From a virus: a DNA stretch of 64,000 nt. Both the position numbers and the translations under genes were made by a program. The notes beneath the pieces are model-generated. The model was given only the letters and a program-made list of their open reading frames with translations. It did not search any database and was not told the origin of the DNA. Positions 1 through 10,408 of this stretch are shown here, one piece after another. The stretch is taken from the IMG/VR virus record IMGVR_UViG_3300047376_000546, one strand, 5' to 3'. Positions within the stretch are counted from its first letter, which is position 1. Each line of letters opens with the position of its first letter.

Positions 1-477
1 GAATTTAATAATATTAATATGAAAGGTACACAACATACTATTATGCAAAATCCAAATGGAGATAATACCTTTGGAATGGTTCCAACATATGGAAATAATC
101 AGTATTTAGGTGTTACTGATGGTACAGATCATGACTGGCAACAAGAAACAATACAAAATATAATGTCAAGCTACGACAAATCTTATCGCGCAGTGTTAGA
201 TGCACACGTAAATCTGATGCCTAAACATTTAGTTATATCTAAGGATACTGCAGGAGTCGACGGGCCTTTATTATCTGGTATGACTTTCGCATCAGTTGAA
301 AGAATGAAATTTAATCAAACACCACAAAGTGTTGATAATAATCTATATTTAGAAAGTATTGATGATGTAATGACCAAATATAATACGCGCACAAACATCA
401 CTCATGAAACAATTATTCAACAATATTCTACTGAACCTACAAGTTTTGCGGAATTAAAAGAGTTGCAACAGATTTGA
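1..477 (+). CDS. C-terminal part of an ORF truncated by the window start; by position possibly the baseplate wedge gene preceding g8 (gp7-like)
   Basis: Frame 1 is open from base 1 (GAA TTT AAT AAT ATT AAT ATG...) to TGA at 475-477. It lies directly upstream of g8. The function is inferred from synteny only. Confidence 0.5.
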   Translation, partial: EFNNINMKGTQHTIMQNPNGDNTFGMVPTYGNNQYLGVTDGTDHDWQQETIQNIMSSYDKSYRAVLDAHVNLMPKHLVISKDTAGVDGPLLSGMTFASVERMKFNQTPQSVDNNLYLESIDDVMTKYNTRTNITHETIIQQYSTEPTSFAELKELQQI

Positions 478-490
478 CACAAAAAAATCT

Positions 491-498
491 TATAAATA
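491..498 (+). promoter_or_regulatory. T4-type late promoter box TATAAATA
   Basis: Exact TATAAATA in the intergenic region 42 nt upstream of the g8 start. Confidence 0.8.
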
Positions 499-540
499 AA
501 AGAAACAAAAAAAAATTAATCTATAAAGGGTATTATAAAA

Positions 541-2235
541 ATGTCTGCTATTATTACCAACAAACTTAGAATTTTCAATGCACAGCAGTTCATTGAATCT
601 ATTAATGAACAATCACCATTGTGGAAAGAAAGTAATTCCTACAATGAGGGTGATGTTGTTTTGCACAATTCAAATTTGTATGTTGCAGTAGGACCAGATG
701 GTGGTGGGGTTTCTGGTACAGTGCCACCAACTCATTTGTCAGGTATTGTAACTGATGGGGGTGTCTCTTGGGCATTCTACAACAGGTCACTTTTCAACAA
801 TCTTTACATGGGTATTGGTAAGTATTCATCTTGGGATGATGACAGTAATCCACCAACTCCAGAAGATTCTGTCGGATATCATAATACAACAAAATCTGAT
901 CTATTGGCACTCAAGAAAGTTTCTGCAGACACAATCTCTCTTGCAATTCCTAGAATTGATTGGAATACTGATACCCAATACACAATGTATGAACATGACA
1001 ACGTAGAAGAAATTATTCCTAATGGATATATCTTGACAGAAGGCAACAACCAGTTCAATGTTTATAAATGTATCAATAATACTAGTTGGAAAGATGCTGC
1101 AGTTGGTGTGCAGCCTGGTAAATCTACAGTAAAACCAACTGGTACACCAACAAATGCAATTATTGAAACTGGTGATGGTTATGCATGGAAATATATGTAT
1201 TCTGTAGATTTAGATGCATCATTAAAATTCTTGACAAAGGATTATGTACCTGTTAAGTTTTTGACTGCAGAACCAAATGCCGCGACTGCTGATTATGTAC
1301 AGTGGCAAATTAAACAAAATGCAATCGCAAATTCTGGTGGAATTGATTGGGTTAAAATTACTGATGATAATGTAAATAGTGGCCATGCTGGTGGTTCTGG
1401 ATATTATCAAAATATTAATCAATCCAATTCAACAGTTGCAGAGGGCACTTTAAGTTTTGCAGTAACCTTATCTGGAACTGCAACTGCACTCGCAACAAAT
1501 GATTATACTGGTTATGCAGTAGTATTTACAAAAACTGGTGCGACTACTCCAGTACAAAGAAAAATTAGTAATTGGAATTTTAATACTTCTACCAATGTTG
1601 CAACAATCACAATTGAAAATGCATTTCTAGAGGGAGAGGGTGGTTCTGGTAGTATTGTTATTGCACCAGATGTTGAAATTAATGGTGATGGTACAGGATT
1701 TACTGCATATGGAATTACTCAGGGCGACCAAATTAAAAAAGTAATGATTACCAATAAAGGTACAGGATACACTAACGCAACCGCAACTGTCTCGGCAGGA
1801 AATGTATCATCATCTAGTGTGTCTGCATGTAAAGCAAAACCAATCATTTCGCCTACAACTGGACATGGATTTAACGCAGTTGAAGAATTGGGTGGTTATT
1901 ATGCGATGGTTGCACTCAAACTAGAATATGATGAACAAGATACAAGATCAGAAGATGGTGTAACAAATGTTACAGAATCTGTATTCCCTGTAACTGGAGA
2001 TAGATCAGTATTCAGACAAATTGTTATTTTAAGTGATCCAGTTGATGAATATACAGATAAACTTGCATACGGTACTTCTTATAGAGGCCCAAAACATCCT
2101 AATTATGGTACTGCAGGACAGACAATTTTTGATATCGATACTGGTACTGGAAAAGTATTATACATAGAAAACAGACAACCAGTTTCGCGTGCTGTCGACC
2201 AAATCGAAGATATTAAAGTTGTCTTTGAATTCTAA
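541..2235 (+). CDS. gp8: Baseplate wedge subunit gp8 (T4-like, marine type) with an N-proximal CBM5/12-like insertion
   Basis: N-terminus MSAIITNKLRIFNAQQFIES. Internal motifs IPRIDW, FNVYKCINN, TGDGYAWKYMY, PTTGHGFNAVEELGG. C-terminus LYIENRQPVSRAVDQIEDIKVVFEF. All are typical of marine T4-like gp8. Confidence 0.85.
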   Translation: MSAIITNKLRIFNAQQFIESINEQSPLWKESNSYNEGDVVLHNSNLYVAVGPDGGGVSGTVPPTHLSGIVTDGGVSWAFYNRSLFNNLYMGIGKYSSWDDDSNPPTPEDSVGYHNTTKSDLLALKKVSADTISLAIPRIDWNTDTQYTMYEHDNVEEIIPNGYILTEGNNQFNVYKCINNTSWKDAAVGVQPGKSTVKPTGTPTNAIIETGDGYAWKYMYSVDLDASLKFLTKDYVPVKFLTAEPNAATADYVQWQIKQNAIANSGGIDWVKITDDNVNSGHAGGSGYYQNINQSNSTVAEGTLSFAVTLSGTATALATNDYTGYAVVFTKTGATTPVQRKISNWNFNTSTNVATITIENAFLEGEGGSGSIVIAPDVEINGDGTGFTAYGITQGDQIKKVMITNKGTGYTNATATVSAGNVSSSSVSACKAKPIISPTTGHGFNAVEELGGYYAMVALKLEYDEQDTRSEDGVTNVTESVFPVTGDRSVFRQIVILSDPVDEYTDKLAYGTSYRGPKHPNYGTAGQTIFDIDTGTGKVLYIENRQPVSRAVDQIEDIKVVFEF

Positions 2236-2266
2236 TTTAAGTAGTATCTAGAACAAGAGAGAAAAC

Positions 2267-5200
2267 ATGGCTACAAATTTTAATGTAACACCGTATTACG
2301 ATGATTATGATGTAAATACAGGCTATTTGAGAATTTTATTCAAGCCAGGCCATTCTGTACAGGCGCGTGAACTTACTCAAATCCAAACTACTTTGCAACA
2401 ACAAATTGCAAACATGGCAGACCATTTCTTCAAAGAAGGTGCAATGGTGGTGCCTGGACAATCTGCAGTAGATATTAGTGCAACATATGTAAAGATTGAT
2501 TTAAATGGTGCAAATTCCTATATCAGTCCTACAGATTTTATAGGTAGAACTGTTACTGGTTCTATTTCTGGTGTACAAGGTATTATTGTACACGCAGTTG
2601 GTGCAACTGGCACTGAAACAACAGATGACCCCGACACAATTTATGTAAAGTATACAACTGGTGCAAATCCATCAGACCCGTCATCAGTCAGTTTTGCGGA
2701 CGGAGATAGTATTTCATTTTTACCTAATGAAATTTTAACAACGATATCATCTACAAATCAATCAGATTATAGTTGTATTGTAAGACCAGTAGAAGAAACA
2801 CCTATTGGTACGGGTTCCATTGCGTTTATCGAAAGTGGTATTTACTATGTACAAAAACATATGGTGGTTGTGCAAGATCAAAAAATTATTCTTGATAAGT
2901 ATACAAATTCGCCATCATATAGAATTGGTTTAGAAATTCAAGAACAAGTGATTAGTGCAAATGACGATCCTAGTCTTTTAGATAACGCCCAAGGCACACA
3001 AAACTATAATTCGCCAGGCGCAGATCGATATAAAACGACCCTTGTGTTTAAGAAAAGAGAGTATGGTGGTTCTGATACCAAAAACTTTATTCAATTAATT
3101 TCTATTCAGAATGGTAAAATTCAACAAAAAGTGCGTAGTACCGATTATGCAGTTTTAGAAGAAACTCTCGCAAGACGCACATTTGATGAGTCTGGTGACT
3201 ATACAGTTAGTCCATTTAAATTAGATATTAGAGCACTATTTAATGAAAACTCAAATCGCGGTGTATTCACCATGAAAGATTTTGAATTTGATACTGAGGT
3301 AGATGCAAAAAACCAAGCGTATGATCGTTTTAGTGAATATAGTGGAATGGTTGATGGTGTACTGGATGTTGGACTGGCACATACTGTAGGTCCAATTGAA
3401 AGGGCTGCATACCCAGATCAAGATTTAGATACTACTGGTGAAAAATTCTATCCAGGCCGTACTCATGCAGATTTAGTATATGCATTGCAACAAAACTTGT
3501 CTCTAGGATTGGAGGCTGGTAAGGCATATGTTCGTGGTTATGAAATTGAAACTCTTGCAACTACATTTGTTGATTATAAACGTTCAAGAGATGATATTCA
3601 AAAGAATAATGAATACTTAACTGCAAAACTTGGTACATATGTTTATGTCACTGATAATATGACTTTACCATTTATTAATGAAGAAGTTTTATTTACAAAC
3701 TTAAATACTAATGGTCCAGATTTTGTTACTATTGATGATTCATTTACAGTAACAACTTATGCATATTCTCCAGAAGCAGATTTTTCCGATGCAAATAATA
3801 CATTAGGACATGATGTAGTTGCAACTGCAAAAGTAAAATATGTTGAACATTATAAAAATGCACAAGTAAATGACTTTCTACAAGGTGATTGGAATGGTAC
3901 AAATGCCTCAGTAGAAACTGGTATTTGGAAAGTATATCTATATGATTTTAAATTCCAAAAAAATCCATTAACAACAAAAGATTATACAATCAATGATGTT
4001 AGGTCTTTGGTATCTAAAGAAAAAGTTGGTACAGGTGCATTACAGACATATAGATTTACCTCTAACGTTTTGTCTGATTACTCAGTTATAGACCAAAATC
4101 AAGATTTTGCGAATAAAAATATTTTAGTATCTGAATATGAAGATAGAAAAGTGCGTGGAATTGTTTACGATTTTAATGCAACTAGAAGTTCTGCACTTGT
4201 CAAGATGTTAGGTAGTGGTAATTTTACAAGTGACGATGCAGCACTATTGACTCCTAGACAATTCAAACCAAATGAGATTTTAAAAGAAATTACATTCACA
4301 TCTACTGGTGGTACAACTAACCTATTCAATTCTCTTGCAAATTATCGTTATATCGATAACGGGGCAAGAATTTTAAATAAACAAGTTATTTTTGATGGTG
4401 ATGGTTCTAGTATTGTAGATACTTACGCAGATTATGTAAAAACAGTTAGATTCATTGATGACGTAAGTGGCAATGAAACTATTGATACTTCATACACAGT
4501 CCAAAGAGAGATCAACGCACAAGTAATTAATCCAGATGGCGGACAACCAAGAGTAGTGATTGAATTATCTCCAAATGTGGCCGAAACATTTGGTACATAT
4601 AATTCTGATTATTATTTTCTAGTAAAGCCCCCAACAGATGACGCAAATGTGGGTGGTATCGAAAGTATTGCATCAGAAGATGTACAAATTAGTATTTCTG
4701 GTAAAACTTTAACAATCACAAACCTTTCAGTTGCTAGTGTTGGACAATCTGTCAAATTATTCATTCCAATTATTAAAACTGAAGCAGTCGAAAAACAAAA
4801 AAGATTAATCGAAGATGTTGTAATTACTCCCTACTCACTTATAAACGGTGTTGGTAATTTCACAGAAGTCGGAAAAACTTTTGTGTCATCTCCAAGTAGT
4901 GATACATTTGAGGCAGATATTCTTTATACTAGTTTGAATGCAAGTGGTGATATTCCAGAAACTTTCCAAGATGCTCAGGGTTATGATTTATCTCTAGCAG
5001 ATTTACAACTTCAACACTCAGATATTCATGAATTGAAAAAGATTTATGACACATGTAATGTTAATACAATTGCATATCAAACTAATGTTGACGGTACATT
5101 TAAACTTATTGTTGAAATGACTGCAGAAGAATTGTTGTTTGCACTCAGTGCATGGAATTATTACGAAGAAACTGGTGCAGATCCATTTACAGATACAACA

Positions 5201-8200
5201 GAAAATGCCCCATTCAGACAGGATATTTTAGACTTGATTGAATCAGGTGGTACTCCAGTACCAGCGTCTGGTGGTGTTCCAAGTAAAATTGTAGATGTTA
5301 CGAATAGATACACTTTTGATAATGGTATGAGGCCTGGCGTTTTAAATTTGGGTAACGTAACACTTAAACGTGGACAATCAATTTGTGCCGGTAGACCAAT
5401 TATTGTATATTCATACTTTGAACATAGTGCCGGCGACTATGCATCTGTGGATTCATATACACATGCAAACTCTGGTTTAACATATGGAGAAATTGGAGAA
5501 TTTAATAGTAGTAGATTGTCTGATGTACTAGATTTTCGTCCTGCCACAATATATGAGGCAAACGATGGTACAACAGAATCTAAGTTGCGTGGTTATTCTA
5601 AAATTTCAACAAGTGGGGAATATCCATTAGACAACACATATGTTATTTGTGATTATAGACAATATCTTGCAAGAAAAGATAAAGTTTTTGTGGATAAAAT
5701 TGGTAATTTCAAGGTTAAATATGGTTCTTCTAGTCTCACACCAGAATATCCCGAAGATCCTGATGATGGTATGGTATTGTATAGATTACAGGCAAGTCCT
5801 TACACTGCAACGGTGCAAGATGTAAAGGCGGAAATGGTTGACAACAAACGTTACACTATGAGAGATATTGGTGCTCTAGAAACGAGAATCAAAAGTTTAG
5901 AATACTATACATCACTAAGTCTTTTGGAAAAAGAAACAAAAGACATGCAAATTACTGACGAAAATGGTATGGACAGATTTAAGAACGGATTTGTAGTAGA
6001 ACCATTTACTGGACACAATATTGGTGATGTTTTTGACCCAGAATATAATTGTTCTATTGATAGTGTTTCTGGACAATTAAGACCTAGATTTGCAGAAAAA
6101 AATACTAATATGAAATTCAGATATAATGATTCAAGTCATTATTCTGACCATGATGGTGTTTTATTGTTACCATACGAAGATGTGATGGTAATCAACCAAG
6201 ACAAATCATCTAAAACTGTAAACGTAAATCCATTTGCAATTTTCACCTTCCGTGGCTCTATTAAACTTACTCCAGCGAGTGATGAGTGGAGAGATGTCAA
6301 TAGACAACCAGATTTGACTATCAACCGCGAAGGACAATTTGATAATATTCAATTCCTTGCAAACGAAATGGGAGTATTGGGTACAGAATGGAATAACTGG
6401 CAAACCGCTTGGACAGGTACTGAAGTTACTGGCAATACTCAATTCAACGACTTTATGAGAGGCCCTGGCATTAGAAGGGTTACTGGTAGAAATGAAACCA
6501 TTCAAACTACAAATAATCAAACCAGAACTGGTATCACAACTGAATTAGTACCTCGCGTAACCACAGAAAACATGGGTGATAGAGTAGTTAATACAGAGAT
6601 TGTACCATTTATTAGAGAACGTGCAATTTTCTTCCATGGTACACGAATGAAACCAAACACAAAGGTTTATCCATTCTTTGATGATGTTGATGTGAGTGAA
6701 TTTTGTGTTGCAGCGCAGACACATACTGTCGGTTCAATGACACAAAGTGCAAACAATTTTATAAATGATAATGAACAAAAATGGATTTCAGAAGCTGGTG
6801 AAATGACTCTAACAGGTGATACTAGTGGTCATCAAACAAATGTATTTGGACTAGAGTATGTAGATACAAATTCAGTTAGATTTTTTGTTGTTGATAATAT
6901 GGATAACAAAAATTACACAACATTAGAAAGAATGTATCTAAGAGATGCTCGTGGAAATTCAATTCGTGTTGGTAATTATCAAAGTGGAGAAGGTGTTTCA
7001 GTAGATAATAAAGTTCTAAAAACAAATGATTTAGGACAGGTACGTGGTATCTTTAACCTACCAAATACAGATAATATCAGATTTAGAACTGGTGATCGTA
7101 TCTTTAGATTAACAGACCAACCAAACAACTCTGATGACACAGATACAAACGCACAAACAAACTATACCGCAAAAGGTACAATCGAAACGAGACAACAAAC
7201 TATTTTATCAACTCGTACTGCAGAAATTGTACAGAGAAATATTTCTGATACAAGAACTGTACAAAATACAACTACCAGAAGAGTTGTTGAGTCTGACACT
7301 GGTTGGTATGACCCACTTGCAGAAACAATTTTGATTGAGGAAGATGGTGGTGCATATATTACTAGTGTAGATTTATTTTTCTCTACAAAAGATGAAGGAA
7401 TTCCTGTAACTCTGCAATTAAGAGAAACAGTAAATGGTTATCCTGGCCAGAAAATTCTACCTTTTGGTGAGAAAACTTTATATCCAAATCAAGTACAAAT
7501 TTCAGATGATGGTAGTTTACCAACAAACTTTAGATTTGATTGTCCAGTGTATGTACAGGATAGTACAGAGTATTGTATTGTTGTGCTTGCGGATACACAG
7601 GGATATCGCTGTCATGTTTCAAGATTGGGTGAAGAGGCACTTGATGGTTCTGGTATTATTTCAGAACAACCATATGCAGGGGTTTTCTTTAAATCACAAA
7701 ACGCATCCACTTGGACTGCGGATCAAATGGAAGATTTAAAATTTAAAGTTTATCGCGCAAAATTTGATAATTCTAAAAAGTCAACATTGTACTTTGCAAA
7801 CGAAGATTATGATTCATTGGGTAGTGAAGAAAATAGAATTTTACTTGGTACGGATTCTATGGAACTGACTGCGAATTCACATATTGTAACATTCCATGCT
7901 ATAGATCACGGTTGTATTGGTACAGATTTCCATGAAAATCATAATTATGTACAAATTACTGGATTTAAAGATAATGCGTTGTTTGGTGGTACAGATTCTA
8001 CAAATTCACTTAGTGGTGCCCAGTTAAATGGGATTCATAAGGTATTGTCAACTACACTTGATAGTTTTTCTATTGACATGAGAAATGTTAAATATAATGA
8101 AACTACTATAGATTTTAATAATAAGACATACTCAGCTGCAACTGGTACAAATGTTATGCCTGCAACATCTGGAAGATTTTCTCCAGTAGGTGTAGATGGA

Positions 8201-9034
8201 TTTTTACCATATTTAAATTCGAATATTAAATATGATTTGATGATGCCTATTGTACAAAACGTACAGTTGCCTGGCACAAATATTCAATATAAGTTTAAAT
8301 CTATCTCTGGTGCATCACAAGATGGAGATCAAATCGCTGGAGTAAAGGATAGTAACTGGTCTACAATGGTGCCTAATAGTAATATCACATTCAATGCACC
8401 AAGAATGATTTCTAGTAGATTTAATGAACAACAGTTTAATAGTGGTAATGCAATAAATAAAAAATCTTTGGTTTACGAAATCGATATGTACTCCGAATCA
8501 GACAATTTGTCTCCACAGGTTGATACGCAAAGATGTAGTGCAATATTAGTATCTAATAGAACTAACTCACCACAGTGGACTAGTGACGTTGATGTGAATG
8601 GTATTCAAACGGATACCAACCTCGCATCTGGTAATATTGGACATGTTTATACAGGATTTGTGAGTGAACTAGAATCGACGGGTGGTTCTGTTGATGCAAC
8701 ATATATCACTAGAGAAATCCAACTTGCACAGCCATCTAAATCTATGAAAATTGTTATTACTGCGAATAGACCTGCAGATACAGATATTGACTTATATTAC
8801 AAAACTAAAAGTAGTGATTCGCTTGAATATAGAAAATTGCCATATACTTTCATTGAAAGACCAGATGGGTATGGAATTCCTGCAAATTCAATAAGTGACT
8901 TTAGGGAATTTGAGTATGATATAAGAGATATTGAAGAATTCGTTGGGTTTGGTGTTAAAATTGTATTGAGAAGTAAAAATTCTTCTATAGTGCCTCGTGT
9001 CTCAGATTTAAGAATTGTTGCACTCGCCACTTAG
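2267..9034 (+). CDS. Large virion structural protein, DUF4815/VrlC-like family of marine T4-like phages
   Basis: MATNFNVTPYYDDYD...RILFKPGHSVQARELTQIQT, LARRTFDESGDY, KRYTMRDIGALETRI, YDPLAETI and the C-terminal PRVSDLRIVALA match the ~2000-aa protein that commonly follows g8 in cyanophage-like myoviruses. Confidence 0.8.
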   Translation: MATNFNVTPYYDDYDVNTGYLRILFKPGHSVQARELTQIQTTLQQQIANMADHFFKEGAMVVPGQSAVDISATYVKIDLNGANSYISPTDFIGRTVTGSISGVQGIIVHAVGATGTETTDDPDTIYVKYTTGANPSDPSSVSFADGDSISFLPNEILTTISSTNQSDYSCIVRPVEETPIGTGSIAFIESGIYYVQKHMVVVQDQKIILDKYTNSPSYRIGLEIQEQVISANDDPSLLDNAQGTQNYNSPGADRYKTTLVFKKREYGGSDTKNFIQLISIQNGKIQQKVRSTDYAVLEETLARRTFDESGDYTVSPFKLDIRALFNENSNRGVFTMKDFEFDTEVDAKNQAYDRFSEYSGMVDGVLDVGLAHTVGPIERAAYPDQDLDTTGEKFYPGRTHADLVYALQQNLSLGLEAGKAYVRGYEIETLATTFVDYKRSRDDIQKNNEYLTAKLGTYVYVTDNMTLPFINEEVLFTNLNTNGPDFVTIDDSFTVTTYAYSPEADFSDANNTLGHDVVATAKVKYVEHYKNAQVNDFLQGDWNGTNASVETGIWKVYLYDFKFQKNPLTTKDYTINDVRSLVSKEKVGTGALQTYRFTSNVLSDYSVIDQNQDFANKNILVSEYEDRKVRGIVYDFNATRSSALVKMLGSGNFTSDDAALLTPRQFKPNEILKEITFTSTGGTTNLFNSLANYRYIDNGARILNKQVIFDGDGSSIVDTYADYVKTVRFIDDVSGNETIDTSYTVQREINAQVINPDGGQPRVVIELSPNVAETFGTYNSDYYFLVKPPTDDANVGGIESIASEDVQISISGKTLTITNLSVASVGQSVKLFIPIIKTEAVEKQKRLIEDVVITPYSLINGVGNFTEVGKTFVSSPSSDTFEADILYTSLNASGDIPETFQDAQGYDLSLADLQLQHSDIHELKKIYDTCNVNTIAYQTNVDGTFKLIVEMTAEELLFALSAWNYYEETGADPFTDTTENAPFRQDILDLIESGGTPVPASGGVPSKIVDVTNRYTFDNGMRPGVLNLGNVTLKRGQSICAGRPIIVYSYFEHSAGDYASVDSYTHANSGLTYGEIGEFNSSRLSDVLDFRPATIYEANDGTTESKLRGYSKISTSGEYPLDNTYVICDYRQYLARKDKVFVDKIGNFKVKYGSSSLTPEYPEDPDDGMVLYRLQASPYTATVQDVKAEMVDNKRYTMRDIGALETRIKSLEYYTSLSLLEKETKDMQITDENGMDRFKNGFVVEPFTGHNIGDVFDPEYNCSIDSVSGQLRPRFAEKNTNMKFRYNDSSHYSDHDGVLLLPYEDVMVINQDKSSKTVNVNPFAIFTFRGSIKLTPASDEWRDVNRQPDLTINREGQFDNIQFLANEMGVLGTEWNNWQTAWTGTEVTGNTQFNDFMRGPGIRRVTGRNETIQTTNNQTRTGITTELVPRVTTENMGDRVVNTEIVPFIRERAIFFHGTRMKPNTKVYPFFDDVDVSEFCVAAQTHTVGSMTQSANNFINDNEQKWISEAGEMTLTGDTSGHQTNVFGLEYVDTNSVRFFVVDNMDNKNYTTLERMYLRDARGNSIRVGNYQSGEGVSVDNKVLKTNDLGQVRGIFNLPNTDNIRFRTGDRIFRLTDQPNNSDDTDTNAQTNYTAKGTIETRQQTILSTRTAEIVQRNISDTRTVQNTTTRRVVESDTGWYDPLAETILIEEDGGAYITSVDLFFSTKDEGIPVTLQLRETVNGYPGQKILPFGEKTLYPNQVQISDDGSLPTNFRFDCPVYVQDSTEYCIVVLADTQGYRCHVSRLGEEALDGSGIISEQPYAGVFFKSQNASTWTADQMEDLKFKVYRAKFDNSKKSTLYFANEDYDSLGSEENRILLGTDSMELTANSHIVTFHAIDHGCIGTDFHENHNYVQITGFKDNALFGGTDSTNSLSGAQLNGIHKVLSTTLDSFSIDMRNVKYNETTIDFNNKTYSAATGTNVMPATSGRFSPVGVDGFLPYLNSNIKYDLMMPIVQNVQLPGTNIQYKFKSISGASQDGDQIAGVKDSNWSTMVPNSNITFNAPRMISSRFNEQQFNSGNAINKKSLVYEIDMYSESDNLSPQVDTQRCSAILVSNRTNSPQWTSDVDVNGIQTDTNLASGNIGHVYTGFVSELESTGGSVDATYITREIQLAQPSKSMKIVITANRPADTDIDLYYKTKSSDSLEYRKLPYTFIERPDGYGIPANSISDFREFEYDIRDIEEFVGFGVKIVLRSKNSSIVPRVSDLRIVALAT

Positions 9035-9037
9035 GAT

Positions 9038-9045
9038 TATAAATA
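9038..9045 (+). promoter_or_regulatory. T4-type late promoter box TATAAATA
   Basis: Exact TATAAATA directly abutting the ATG at 9046. Confidence 0.55.
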
Positions 9046-9264
9046 ATGAGTAGAGATATAAATGATTTTATGATAGTTAAGGAAGAAAAAAATCTACGCA
9101 GAGATCCGCACTCAAAGGCGGTTATTAATACAGATATACAATCATATAGAAACTATATGAAAAGAGTAAATCGATTTGATAAAACTGAAAGAGAAATAGA
9201 CAACCTTAAAACAGAAGTGCAAGAAATAAAAGAATTATTAAAAATACTAGTAGAGAGAACTTAA
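9046..9264 (+). CDS. Small conserved-type hypothetical protein with C-terminal coiled coil
   Basis: 72 aa, LRRDPHSKAVINTD...EIDNLKTEVQEIKELLKIL. It resembles the small ORF that typically follows the DUF4815 gene in T4-like marine phages. Confidence 0.7.
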   Translation: MSRDINDFMIVKEEKNLRRDPHSKAVINTDIQSYRNYMKRVNRFDKTEREIDNLKTEVQEIKELLKILVERT

Positions 9265-9265
9265 A

Positions 9266-10396
9266 ATGGCATTTACATATCCATCACTAACACAAGTTAT
9301 TAGAACTGATACGTTTGACGTTTGGGCCACTAAAACTAATGAAATTAGAGACCATGCATTATATGTACAGGCACTAGTAGGAGATTTTAACGGACTATCT
9401 ACAGATAGTAAGACTGTAGTAGGAGCGTTTAACGAACACGAAACATTAATTAATACCAATATTTCGAATATTGGTCCTCTTGGAAGTATTGATGTTGCAT
9501 ATGCTGGTGCAAACCTTGTTGAGAGTTTAAATAATGCACATGATGTTTTAGTCGCATATACTGATTCAGAAGTTTTAACTGAAAAGAATTTAAGGATTGA
9601 TGCCGATGTTGGATTGCAACAAAGTATTGATGCAGTTGAATTAAATGCAGGTCTAACACCAGCTGGACAATATATCCAACCAACAACATCTAATTATTTG
9701 TCAACATCTGTTTCTCTCGCAAATGCAGACAATTTATTAGACACGAAGATTAAAGAAGAAGCTGATATATTAAATAATACGCAAACAAATCTTGGTGCAG
9801 ATTCTAGTGGTAATATTACGTTAGTTGGTAATTATATTACTGGTACTGTTAAAGAATCTTTGGTTGCATTAGATACTCAGTCTGCGACAAATGAAAATAG
9901 AATTAATCAAAATATTCAATCTATTGTTGGATTAGACAATAGATTAACTAAATCACAAACAAATATTGGATTGAACTCTGCCGGCGTTTACACATCAGAT
10001 GGTGGAAATACATATGCAATAACAGATAATATTAAGGGCGATATTAATGCAGTTGATGTTAAATTAGAGGCAGTAGATGTTTCTTTACAATCATTAATAA
10101 ACGAAGATACAAATATCTATAATCAACTTGCTCTTAAATTAGAAACACCACCAACATCTGGTGACACTTTAATTGTATATGATTCTGCAGCATTTACATA
10201 TTCACACGCAACACATAATCCATCATCTGTAAATACCAATGGTACTGAAGTGATTGATAAAGTGATTGTCGATTCATCAGGACACATACAATCTTTTTCA
10301 AAAAGAAATTTAGGTAATCAGTCGCAACACAACCAAACAATTAGTTCAAATCTACCATCTGGTGGTTCTAATGGTGATGTTTGGTATAGAGTATAA
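9266..10396 (+). CDS. Segmented coiled-coil fibre protein (fibritin/tail-fibre-like)
   Basis: N-terminal TDTFDVWATKTNEI anchor-type motif, heptad segments broken by GL/GA-x3-G-Y loops, and a C-terminal PSGGSNGDVWY fibre-end motif. Confidence 0.65.
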   Translation: MAFTYPSLTQVIRTDTFDVWATKTNEIRDHALYVQALVGDFNGLSTDSKTVVGAFNEHETLINTNISNIGPLGSIDVAYAGANLVESLNNAHDVLVAYTDSEVLTEKNLRIDADVGLQQSIDAVELNAGLTPAGQYIQPTTSNYLSTSVSLANADNLLDTKIKEEADILNNTQTNLGADSSGNITLVGNYITGTVKESLVALDTQSATNENRINQNIQSIVGLDNRLTKSQTNIGLNSAGVYTSDGGNTYAITDNIKGDINAVDVKLEAVDVSLQSLINEDTNIYNQLALKLETPPTSGDTLIVYDSAAFTYSHATHNPSSVNTNGTEVIDKVIVDSSGHIQSFSKRNLGNQSQHNQTISSNLPSGGSNGDVWYRV

Positions 10397-10408
10397 AGAG
10401 GGCAATAA

